Assembly (NCBI GenBank): GCA_002404215.1
Contig: DHJG01000014.1
Location: forward strand, 20,357-64,029
DNA: 43,673 nt
Source of the DNA: Desulfosporosinus sp. UBA4726
GTDB taxonomy: Bacteria; Bacillota; Desulfitobacteriia; Desulfitobacteriales; Desulfitobacteriaceae
Reading direction: 5' to 3'
Each line of letters starts with the position of its first letter. Within the stretch, counting starts at the first letter, position 1. The notes beneath the pieces were generated by a model. That model saw only the letters and a program-made list of their open reading frames with translations. It had not been told where the DNA came from and did not search any database. Shown one piece after another: positions 8,914-17,733 of this stretch. A program made the translations under genes and the position numbers.

Positions 8914-9747
8914 GTGCACTTCGTGGTCTGCCTAAAGCAAGTTCCGGATACATCCGAAGTTCGAATAGATCCAATCACCAACACTCTCATGCGTGAAGGC
9001 GTACCATCAATTATTAATCCGTATGATATGCATGGCTTGGAAGAAGCAATTCACCTGAAAGAAAAGTTAGGGGGGAAAGTGACCATCGTTTGTATGGGAC
9101 CTCCACAAGCTAAAGAAGCGCTGAAAAAAGCCATGTCTTTTGGGGCTGATCGTGCGGTTCTCCTAAGTGATCGTGCTTTTGGTGGTTCAGACTCCTTGGC
9201 GACTGCTTACATTCTCTCTTCTGCAATTCAAAAGATACATGAAACTGAGCCGATTGACCTCGTCTTCACTGGGAAGGAAGCAATTGATGGTGACACAGCT
9301 CAAACGGGACCAGGCATAGCTCAGCGCCTCGGATTTCCTCAATTAACATACACCATTAAAGTTAGAGAGCTCACCGACACGACCGTAACAGTCGAACGCA
9401 AGACTGAGAGTGGTCGACAGGTTGTACAGGCTCAGCTTCCCGCCTTGCTCACGGTGGAAAAAGAACTTAATGATTTGAGTTACGCAACGCTCCCCAATAT
9501 GATGAAAGCAGCGGTGTATGAACCAGAAATGTGGAATTTTAATTCACTGCCGTTTGATGTTAGGAAAATGGGCCTTAAAGGGTCGCCGACCAGTGTCTCA
9601 AGGATTTTCGCACCACCGGGTCGTATAGGAGGAGAAATAATGGACGGCATGAAAGACCCTGTCGCAACTGCCGCATCCGTCGTACAAAAAATCTTCCAGC
9701 AAAATATTATTATGTACAAGCCCCAAGCGAAGGGAGGAAACCAGTAA
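8914..9747 (+). CDS. fixA: Electron transfer flavoprotein beta subunit (FixA-type)
   Basis: CLKQVPDT, INPYD, GGSDSLATA, AIDGDTAQTGP, GSPT motifs; first gene of a fixABCX-like operon. Confidence 0.93.
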   Translation: MHFVVCLKQVPDTSEVRIDPITNTLMREGVPSIINPYDMHGLEEAIHLKEKLGGKVTIVCMGPPQAKEALKKAMSFGADRAVLLSDRAFGGSDSLATAYILSSAIQKIHETEPIDLVFTGKEAIDGDTAQTGPGIAQRLGFPQLTYTIKVRELTDTTVTVERKTESGRQVVQAQLPALLTVEKELNDLSYATLPNMMKAAVYEPEMWNFNSLPFDVRKMGLKGSPTSVSRIFAPPGRIGGEIMDGMKDPVATAASVVQKIFQQNIIMYKPQAKGGNQ

Positions 9748-11078
9748 TGCCCCTCCTTATAGAAAAAGTGAAATGTATTGGTTGTGGTGCGTGTGTCCTG
9801 CAATGCCCCTACGAAGCCCTTGACCTCATCGATGGACTTGCGGTGGTCGATCCGAAGAAATGTAACGACAGTGGAAAATGCGTAAATGTTTGCCCGACCA
9901 ATGCACTTTCCTTAACAAATCAACCAGCTAAACCTAAAGAAGAACGAGATCCTACATCTGGTTCCCAATTTCATTTCAAAGACCCACTGCCAGAGTCCGT
10001 TCAAGACTACGCGGCAGGCAACGAGAATAAATCGATTCGTGCAAAGGTAACTCCGGTCACTGGGCAAGATGTCTGGAGCGGAGTTTGGGTTATTATCGAA
10101 TATATCCATGGGAAGGTCGCTCCGGTATCGTGGGAATTACTGGGAAAAGGACGCGAACTTGCCGATGGATTAGGGTGCAGTCTCTGTGGAGTGATCATAG
10201 GACACCAAGTGGATAGTGTAATTCCGGATACATTTGCCTATGGAGCAGAGAAAGTTTATGTCGTCGATCACTCTGTACTCAAAGACTACCGCACAGAACC
10301 TTATGCTAGAGCTATTACAGATCTAGTAAAAAAGTATCAACCGGAAATTATGTTAATGGGTGCCACTTCTATGGGAAGGGATGTTTTTCCGGCTGTGGCT
10401 ACTATAGTAGAAACTGGTTTGACCGCTGACTGTACGGTGCTGGGCATTGATCCGAAGACGAAACTTTTACTGCAAACCCGTCCCGCTTTTGGCGGAAACA
10501 TTATGGCTACAATTCTCTGTCGTACCAGTCGACCGCAAATGTCGACCGTCCGTCCAAGAGTCATGGAAATGCCTGAATGTGTTAAAGGACGTGTCGGCGA
10601 GCTGATTCGTGAGGAAATAAGTTTTAACGAAAGTGATTTTCATACGAAAGTACTCGAGTTCATTACGGCTGATGCTCAGCATGCCTTTTTGGACAAAGCT
10701 GAAATTATCGTTTCCGTTGGTCTAGGCATTGGCGCAGAAAGAAACATGGCTCTGGCCAAAGAGTTAGCGGAGGTCTTAGGAGCGACTCTTGCAGGATCAC
10801 GTGGTGCAGTGGAGTCAGGCTGGATAACTCATGATCAGCAAGTCGGCCAATCCGGGGTAACGGTTCGCCCTAAGGTATATATAGCTATTGGAATTTCCGG
10901 TGCAATTCAGCATTTAGTGGGGATGGAAACCTCAGATTTCATTTTGGCCATCAACAATGATGCGGAGGCGCCAATCTTGAAAGTTGCAAATTATGGCATT
11001 ATTGGAGATCTATTCGAAATCGTACCTGCGTTGACAGCAGAGTTTAAGAAACGCCTTCAACACGGCGTGGTAAATTAA
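9747..11078 (+). CDS. fixB: Electron transfer flavoprotein alpha subunit (FixB-type) with N-terminal ferredoxin domain
   Basis: CIGCGACVLQCP and CNDSGKCVNVCP; TGLTADCT, RPAFGGN, QVGQSG, GISGAIQH; TAATG overlap with fixA. Confidence 0.93.
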   Translation: MPLLIEKVKCIGCGACVLQCPYEALDLIDGLAVVDPKKCNDSGKCVNVCPTNALSLTNQPAKPKEERDPTSGSQFHFKDPLPESVQDYAAGNENKSIRAKVTPVTGQDVWSGVWVIIEYIHGKVAPVSWELLGKGRELADGLGCSLCGVIIGHQVDSVIPDTFAYGAEKVYVVDHSVLKDYRTEPYARAITDLVKKYQPEIMLMGATSMGRDVFPAVATIVETGLTADCTVLGIDPKTKLLLQTRPAFGGNIMATILCRTSRPQMSTVRPRVMEMPECVKGRVGELIREEISFNESDFHTKVLEFITADAQHAFLDKAEIIVSVGLGIGAERNMALAKELAEVLGATLAGSRGAVESGWITHDQQVGQSGVTVRPKVYIAIGISGAIQHLVGMETSDFILAINNDAEAPILKVANYGIIGDLFEIVPALTAEFKKRLQHGVVN

Positions 11079-11088
11079 GGAGGGCAAC

Positions 11089-12381
11089 ATGGAAAACTTT
11101 GATGTAATTGTCATCGGCGGTGGCCCTGCTGGATTGTCTGCCGCGATCAGTGCTGCCCAAGTTGGCATGAAAACTGTTGTAATTGAACGAGGGGATTATC
11201 CAGGTACAAAGAACGTTATGGGTGGCATCCTCTATACAAAAGCAACTGACATGGTTGTGCCGGAGTTTTGGAAAGAAGCACCATTAGAACGTCCAATCAT
11301 TGAACAACGTATTGCAATGTTAAACGGCGATGAGTCTATTATGGCCGCTTACCGAGATCCTGCCTGGGCAAGCGAGCCCTATAATGCCCATTCAATTTTA
11401 CGAGTTAAGTTTGACCGTTGGCTAGCTCTTCAAGCTGAAAAAGCCGGAGTTATGATCATTACTGAAACTTTAGTAGAGAATCTACTATATAAAGGCGATA
11501 ATGTCGTGGGGGTTCGTACAGGACGGGCCGAAGGGGATCTAGGAGCAAAGGTTGTAATACTAGCTGAAGGTGTAAATAATTTCTTGGCAGTTAAAGCAGG
11601 ACTTGCTAAACCCTTAAAAGCAGAATCAGTTGCGATTACGGTAAAAGAAATAATTGCCTTACCTAAAGAAACGATAGAAGATCGTTTCTGCCTTGATGAA
11701 GGACAAGGGGCAACGATAGAATTATATGGAGATTCCACTGCAGGGATGATGGGCGTGGGCTTTATCTATACGAATAAAGATTCAATTTCAATTGGAGTTG
11801 GAGCAATTCTAGCACCTCTAATTCACAATAATTGGACACCCAATGATCTCCTAGAGTATTTAAAATCAAAGCCTTATGTAAAACGTCTTCTTCATGGTGG
11901 GGAAACTAAGGAATATTTGTCTCATTTAATACCAGAAGGTGGCTATACTCAAGTACCTAAACTTCATCGTCAAGGGCTGCTTGTTGTTGGGGATACGGCA
12001 ATGCTCATGAACTCGTTAAACAGAGAAGGATCAAATCTGGCAATGATATCGGGTAAAATCGCTGGTGAAGTCGCAGCTGAATCCATCAAAGCTGACGATG
12101 TCAGTGACCAAGCCATGATGGTTTACGAAACTCGTTTACGGGATTCCTTCGTACTTAAAGACCTTCACCATTATCGACATATGGGTAAATTCTTTGAAAA
12201 TAATCCACACCTCTTAAGAGCGTATCCAAAAATATTTTCTAATGCAGTAAAGTTGTATTTGACAGCGGATGGTACACCAAAGAAGGAGCGTCAAAAAGAA
12301 ATTATGAAGATGGTCTTGCAAAATCGTTCTATTGGCGGTTTGACGAAGGATATCTATGGGGCATGGAGGGCCTTGTTATGA
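11089..12381 (+). CDS. fixC: FixC-type ETF:quinone oxidoreductase flavoprotein
   Basis: GGGPAG, ERGDYPGTKNVMGG, FDRWLA, HLIPEGG, REGSNLAM. Confidence 0.93.
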   Translation: MENFDVIVIGGGPAGLSAAISAAQVGMKTVVIERGDYPGTKNVMGGILYTKATDMVVPEFWKEAPLERPIIEQRIAMLNGDESIMAAYRDPAWASEPYNAHSILRVKFDRWLALQAEKAGVMIITETLVENLLYKGDNVVGVRTGRAEGDLGAKVVILAEGVNNFLAVKAGLAKPLKAESVAITVKEIIALPKETIEDRFCLDEGQGATIELYGDSTAGMMGVGFIYTNKDSISIGVGAILAPLIHNNWTPNDLLEYLKSKPYVKRLLHGGETKEYLSHLIPEGGYTQVPKLHRQGLLVVGDTAMLMNSLNREGSNLAMISGKIAGEVAAESIKADDVSDQAMMVYETRLRDSFVLKDLHHYRHMGKFFENNPHLLRAYPKIFSNAVKLYLTADGTPKKERQKEIMKMVLQNRSIGGLTKDIYGAWRALL

Positions 12382-12659
12382 AATTAGATGATAAACTCTT
12401 TTTAGTACGATTTAATACTGATAAACTAAGTCACATCAAGATAACCAATCCTGATATATGTCTAAAACAGTGTCAAGACAAACCTTGTACGCGTTTTTGT
12501 CCCGCCCATGTTTATGATTGGGATGAAGAAGAAAAACGAATATCTGTCGGATATGAAGGGTGCCTCGAGTGTGGAACATGTCTCATAGGCTGTCCGTATG
12601 GTAATATTGACTGGAAGTATCCCCGCGGCGGATTTGGGGTTTCATGGAAAAACGGCTAA
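12378..12659 (+). CDS. fixX: FixX ferredoxin-like protein
   Basis: KPCTRFCPA, GCLECGTCLIGCP, WKYPRGGFGV; ATG 12378 overlaps the fixC stop (ATGA), GGAGG RBS. Confidence 0.93.
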   Translation: MKLDDKLFLVRFNTDKLSHIKITNPDICLKQCQDKPCTRFCPAHVYDWDEEEKRISVGYEGCLECGTCLIGCPYGNIDWKYPRGGFGVSWKNG

Positions 12660-12736
12660 AGTTTTTTTGACAGTCATTTATACAATAGGTAGAATAGAGA
12701 GAAAGGTAGGGAGCAAACGAAGACAGAGGAGATAAT

Positions 12737-13693
12737 ATGTTAGAATTAATAAAAAATAACCTCACTCAATCCGGTTGGACGCTCATTGCGTTGGAAGGAA
12801 ACTGGATTTGTGCTACGCACGGATCCCTACAGCGTGGGCTTTTATTCGGTGATTTCAGTGAACTGCCACAAGAATTTAACTCTTTACTTCGTAGTTATTC
12901 TGCTCTTACACAGTGGGATGCCATTGTCTTTTGTCCCGCAGGAATTGATTCTTCACTGCTGAAGCAGCGCCGTTTCCCTAATATCCAGCTTTGGTATTTT
13001 GATATACAACAAGGCAACCTATTTCCGTTTCCTCCTACAAAAGATCAATTGATTCCCCATTGGTTAAGGCAACTTGCCAGCGGAAAGTCCGTTTCTCTGT
13101 TAGGTGATACACGTGAGAAACAGACGTTCATTCCATTTCTCACGTACATCCTTTTAGGCATGAACCTGATTGTTTTCCTGCTAATGACTTTGGCCGGTGG
13201 ATCGACCGATCAACGCGTCCTTGTCGCCTTTGGAGCTAAAGTCAACACCTTAATTCAGGCCGGTGAAATCTGGCGTCTCTTAACAAGTACGTTTATTCAT
13301 ATCGGAATCATGCACCTCGTCTTTAACCTTTATGCATTATGGGCGTTAGGTCCTTTAACAGAAGAGAGTTTCGGACATCGACGATTTTTTATGATCTATA
13401 TCTTCAGCGGGCTTGGAGGATCAATTGCAAGTTTTCTATTTACCACAGCTCTTTCTGCAGGGGCTTCAGGGGCAATCTTTGGGCTTTTAGGAGCGTTAAT
13501 GTATGACAGCTTTAAACGACCCAACCTATGGAAATCCGGCTTGGGAATGAATCTGATTATAGTTATTTTAGTGAATTTTGGATTTGGCTTGATCCAACCG
13601 GGAATTGACAACTTTGCACATCTGGGAGGTCTTCTGACAGGGACCTTATTCAGTGTCTTCTATTCACAAAAGATTGCAGATAAGACTACATAG
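12737..13693 (+). CDS. Rhomboid family intramembrane serine protease with soluble N-terminal domain
   Basis: WRLLT, HIGIMHLVFN, catalytic GASG and AHLGG. Confidence 0.93.
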   Translation: MLELIKNNLTQSGWTLIALEGNWICATHGSLQRGLLFGDFSELPQEFNSLLRSYSALTQWDAIVFCPAGIDSSLLKQRRFPNIQLWYFDIQQGNLFPFPPTKDQLIPHWLRQLASGKSVSLLGDTREKQTFIPFLTYILLGMNLIVFLLMTLAGGSTDQRVLVAFGAKVNTLIQAGEIWRLLTSTFIHIGIMHLVFNLYALWALGPLTEESFGHRRFFMIYIFSGLGGSIASFLFTTALSAGASGAIFGLLGALMYDSFKRPNLWKSGLGMNLIIVILVNFGFGLIQPGIDNFAHLGGLLTGTLFSVFYSQKIADKTT

Positions 13694-13777
13694 AAATATA
13701 TTAATTTCTCTTCAGATAACCATAAAGCCTTCTCAATTGATTCGAATTTTTTTTCCCTTTAGGGACAAACTACAATC

Positions 13778-13847
13778 AAGAGCTCGCATTTTCTTAGCAA
13801 GGTGGTGTTGAAAGATGCTATCGTTAGTTAAGAAAATGTAAGCTCTT
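13778..13847 (+). ncRNA. Candidate structured RNA (long interrupted hairpin, GAAA tetraloop)
   Basis: AAGAGCT/AGCTCTT, CATTTTCTTA/TAAGAAAATG and GGTGGTGTT-GAAA-GATGCTATC stems; the G-U pairs form only on the + strand. Confidence 0.5.
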
Positions 13848-14023
13848 ATATCATTATTTTGAATTTATTATCTCCTTTTTCATTTATATTGTTGGTGCCT
13901 CATTAGAGTAAAGTGTGCCAAGGGATACCATATTCACTTTAATACATTATAAATAAAGGACCAGAAAGTATGTAGTATAAGTAAATGCCATTATAATGTA
14001 AAAAGGAGAAAAGAGGGGACGCC

Positions 14024-16045
14024 TTGAAAAAAAATCGCAAACGAACTCTTAGTTATTTTTCCCGTGATCGCTGGGTTCTACTAGCATTGCTAATGATGAT
14101 TACTCTTGTGTTTGGAAGACTCGTAATGCTCCAAGTTGTTCAGGCTGCTGATCTCAAGTCCAGAGGAATTGAGCGACGGACGAGTGATCAAAGCCTTCGA
14201 GCAGATAGGGGCGCCATCTTTGATGCGCAAGGTAACGTACTGGCCCAAAGCATCCCTGTCAAGGAAATCATTGCAGACCCGAAAATGTTAACGGAACAAA
14301 TTGCAAAAAAACAATTTAAGCGATCAAAAGAAGATGTTGCTAAGGATCTAGGAACAATTTTGGGAATTAATACACAAGATATACTTGATAAACTCAATAA
14401 AAATAGTTTATCTTGGATCAACGTAGCACATCAAGTGGATATTCATAAAACAGAGGAAATTATGGCCCTCAAAATTCCAGGGGTAGCCCTTACTGACGAA
14501 GAAAAACGTGTCTATCCCATGGGCAAGTTTGCTTCCTCAGCCCTTGGGATTGTAAATCAAGACGGTCATGGAGTAGAAGGAATTGAATCTTATTATGATA
14601 AAGTATTATTTGGTAAACCCGGTTTCCAATCCCAAGAACAAGATACCAGAGCGCGTTCTATCCTGGATGCACTTCATCAAAACGATCCGTCAAGTCCAGG
14701 AAATAACTTAACCTTAACCTTAGACTCAACGATTCAATATTTTGTCGAACAACAACTCGACGACTTACAACAATCCACCAACGCTAAAAGCGTAACGATT
14801 CTAGCCATGGATCCCATGACAGGACGAGTTTTGGGAATGGGATCCCGTCCCACGTTTGATCCCACAGATTATTCAAAATCCACCGCTGATTCCCGCCGTA
14901 ATCTAGCTATTGGTATGTCCTATGAACCAGGGTCAACCTTTAAGATTGTCACAGGATCAGCCGCTTTGGAAGAGGGGGTAATACGACCCAATGATACATT
15001 TGCTGACCCTGGCTACCTACGTATCCCACCACGTTTAATCACAAACTGGGATTCTGACCAAAAGCCACACGGTAACCCTACATTTACGCAAGGTATGGAG
15101 TTGTCTTCGAATGTCGTTCTAGCCCAGGTTGGGATGAAGATGGGCAAAAACATTTTTTATACTTATTTAAAAGCCTTTGGTTTTGGTGCCAAAACAGGTA
15201 TCGATATTTCTGGTGAGGAAAGTGGAATAATCGTTCCACAAGACAAAGTGCGAGATATCGATTTAGCAACTATGTCTTTCGGCCAATCCAACTCCGTCAC
15301 ACCGATTCAATTATTATCCGCTATTTCCGCAGTGGCTAATGGGGGAACTCTTTATCGTCCCTACATTGTCGATAAAATTACGACGCCAGATGGTCAACTA
15401 ATTCAGCAACAAAAGCCAATTCCCGTACGCCAGGTTATTTCTAAAGCCACCGCTTCACAAATGACCAATGTCCTAGAACAAGTCGTTTCAGATGGAACGG
15501 GACATCTGGCTCAAATACCGGGCATTAAGGTTGCAGGTAAAACAGGAACTGCTCAGAAAGTAGACCCTAAAACTGGAGCATATTCAACGACGGACTTCAT
15601 TGCCTCATTCGCAGCCTTCGCTCCTGCAGATGATCCCAAAATTGCGGTTCTCGTTATCATTGATTCTCCTAAATCAGCCGAAGGACATCAAGGAGGAACC
15701 TTAGGCGGACCTAGGGCTAAAGCCATTCTTGAGGGAGCTTTACAATATTATGGCTTACCCGTGGCAAAAGAAACGCAGAGCACCGTTTCTATTTCTCCCA
15801 GTGACTCCGCTGTTAGGCCCTCACCCAAACCAGTAACCCCAGAACGTACGCCAGTTGGTGGGGAAGTTGTAATTCCAGATTTAACAGGGCTTACCATGCG
15901 TCAAGTTGGGGATACACTAGCAAAATCAGAACTACACTTTAACTTTACAGGTAGTGGCTTAGTGAATCAACAATCACCTGAAGCAGGAAAAGTTGTAACC
16001 AAGGGAACGACCATTGAGGTTAAATTTTCTTCCTTAACACCATAA
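14024..16045 (+). CDS. Class B penicillin-binding protein (FtsI/SpoVD-like) with C-terminal PASTA domain
   Basis: TM anchor, RGAIFD, RVYP, EPGSTFK (SxxK), SSN, KTGT, PASTA (IPDLTGLT). Confidence 0.93.
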   Translation: MKKNRKRTLSYFSRDRWVLLALLMMITLVFGRLVMLQVVQAADLKSRGIERRTSDQSLRADRGAIFDAQGNVLAQSIPVKEIIADPKMLTEQIAKKQFKRSKEDVAKDLGTILGINTQDILDKLNKNSLSWINVAHQVDIHKTEEIMALKIPGVALTDEEKRVYPMGKFASSALGIVNQDGHGVEGIESYYDKVLFGKPGFQSQEQDTRARSILDALHQNDPSSPGNNLTLTLDSTIQYFVEQQLDDLQQSTNAKSVTILAMDPMTGRVLGMGSRPTFDPTDYSKSTADSRRNLAIGMSYEPGSTFKIVTGSAALEEGVIRPNDTFADPGYLRIPPRLITNWDSDQKPHGNPTFTQGMELSSNVVLAQVGMKMGKNIFYTYLKAFGFGAKTGIDISGEESGIIVPQDKVRDIDLATMSFGQSNSVTPIQLLSAISAVANGGTLYRPYIVDKITTPDGQLIQQQKPIPVRQVISKATASQMTNVLEQVVSDGTGHLAQIPGIKVAGKTGTAQKVDPKTGAYSTTDFIASFAAFAPADDPKIAVLVIIDSPKSAEGHQGGTLGGPRAKAILEGALQYYGLPVAKETQSTVSISPSDSAVRPSPKPVTPERTPVGGEVVIPDLTGLTMRQVGDTLAKSELHFNFTGSGLVNQQSPEAGKVVTKGTTIEVKFSSLTP

Positions 16046-16118
16046 AACCTAAATAATTTAAATACTAACCAGGATATGCTAGATTAAACAGGATAATAAC
16101 GTCACGGAGGAATGAAAG

Positions 16119-17519
16119 ATGCGTCTCGACCAACAAATCAATCTGATGAAGCAAGATCTAATCGCTGCTATCCAAGCATGTATTCAAATTAAGAGTGTTA
16201 AGGATGTCGAACATGCCGCCCCTGGTGCTCCATTTGGGCCAGGGATTCAAGAGGCCTTAGAGTGGACCTTGGCATTAGGGGAGGACTTCGGCTTTACCGT
16301 TAAGAATGTTGAAGGGTATGCAGGTCATATTGAAATGGGCTCTGGGGACCTTTTAGGAATTCTGGGCCATATAGATGTTGTTCCAGAAGGAGATGGCTGG
16401 TCTGTACCTCCCTATAGTGCTACCATTAAAGACAACAAAATTTTTGGTCGTGGTGCATTAGATGATAAAGGACCATCTTTGACAGCACTTTTTGCCATGA
16501 AAGCAATTAAAGATGCCCAAATCCCTTTAAACATGAGAGTACGTCTGATCTTGGGCACCGATGAAGAGTCTGGATGGGCTGATATGGATTATTATCTTAA
16601 AAAAGAAGAAATTCCGCAAATCGGATTTGCACCAGATGCTGAGTTTCCTGTGATTCATGCAGAAAAGGGAATTCTTCATCTGGAATTGAGCAAATCTCAT
16701 GCGACATTTCCACACCTTATCCGAATTCAGGGTGGGGACCGAGCTAACGTCGTTCCAGATGCTTGTGAGGTTACCCTAAAGGGAATTAGACATGAGCTTA
16801 TTTTAGCACAATTGAAAGACTTTTCTTTTCCAGAAGGAGTTAGTGGTAAGCTCACTAGCCAAGCAACTGACCCAGAACTAAAGCTAACCTTTAAGGGGGT
16901 AGGGGCCCACGGGAGTCTTCCCCAAAACGGTAAGAATGCAATCCTCTATACCTTACAATTTCTTCGGACTTTACCGCTTGACCTGGAAGAGCAACACACT
17001 CTTGATTTTCTTCTGGCACACCCTGGCAAAGGTTTTTATGGAGAAGGTTTTGGCGTTAGCTTAAGTGATGAACCATCTGGTAAGCTTTCCCTCAACCTTG
17101 GTATATTAGAGTTATCGTCTGAGAAAATTTGTTTTGTCATCGATATCCGTTACCCAGTTACCTTCAAACGTGATGATATTTTGCTTCCAATTGAAAAAAT
17201 TGCCCAAAGAGAGCAACTTAGTATCAGTATTTTAACCCATCAAGAAGCTCATCATGTCCCTAAAGATAGTCCACTAGTTCAATCTCTACTCAAAGCCTAT
17301 GCAGATGTAACTGGGCTCGAACCATTTGCCTTTGCGATTGGAGGAGGGACTTATGCTAAAGCTATTCCCCAAGGAGTTGCTTTTGGACCCGTCTTTCCAG
17401 GTGAACCAGAGGTAATTCATTGTGCCGATGAGTACATCTCGATCGACAATCTCCTCTTAACAACCAAGGTATACGCCCAAGCTATTCTTAATATAGCCGC
17501 AGACCCAGAATACCGATAG
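16119..17519 (+). CDS. pepV: M20 dipeptidase PepV
   Basis: GHIDVVP, GRGALDDKGP, GTDEESG, PDAEFPVIHAEKG, GGGTYA, HCADE. Confidence 0.92.
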   Translation: MRLDQQINLMKQDLIAAIQACIQIKSVKDVEHAAPGAPFGPGIQEALEWTLALGEDFGFTVKNVEGYAGHIEMGSGDLLGILGHIDVVPEGDGWSVPPYSATIKDNKIFGRGALDDKGPSLTALFAMKAIKDAQIPLNMRVRLILGTDEESGWADMDYYLKKEEIPQIGFAPDAEFPVIHAEKGILHLELSKSHATFPHLIRIQGGDRANVVPDACEVTLKGIRHELILAQLKDFSFPEGVSGKLTSQATDPELKLTFKGVGAHGSLPQNGKNAILYTLQFLRTLPLDLEEQHTLDFLLAHPGKGFYGEGFGVSLSDEPSGKLSLNLGILELSSEKICFVIDIRYPVTFKRDDILLPIEKIAQREQLSISILTHQEAHHVPKDSPLVQSLLKAYADVTGLEPFAFAIGGGTYAKAIPQGVAFGPVFPGEPEVIHCADEYISIDNLLLTTKVYAQAILNIAADPEYR

Positions 17520-17589
17520 TCCAACCCACATTTTTATATCGTCCTTAAAGGCAAAATATTATAAAATATTGTCAGAAAAAGGCAGTTTT

Positions 17590-17622
17590 AATCTCGCAAG
17601 GCAATTGTGGGATTTTCTTTTT
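17590..17622 (+). terminator. pepV terminator
   Basis: AATCTCGCAA-GGCAA-TTGTGGGATT followed by TTCTTTTT. Confidence 0.65.
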
Positions 17623-17650
17623 ATAAAAATGTATAAAAATGATTTTTAAA

Positions 17651-17677
17651 GGAGGAATGTAAGGAAATCTGTGGAAT
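17651..17677 (+). promoter_or_regulatory. SigH-like promoter for the PAS kinase
   Basis: GGAGGAATG-N11-GTGGAAT. Confidence 0.5.
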
Positions 17678-17733
17678 TATAAGATATTGAAAGAAGATAT
17701 ACTACCATAAAAGAGTTGGGAGCAGTTTAGAAG

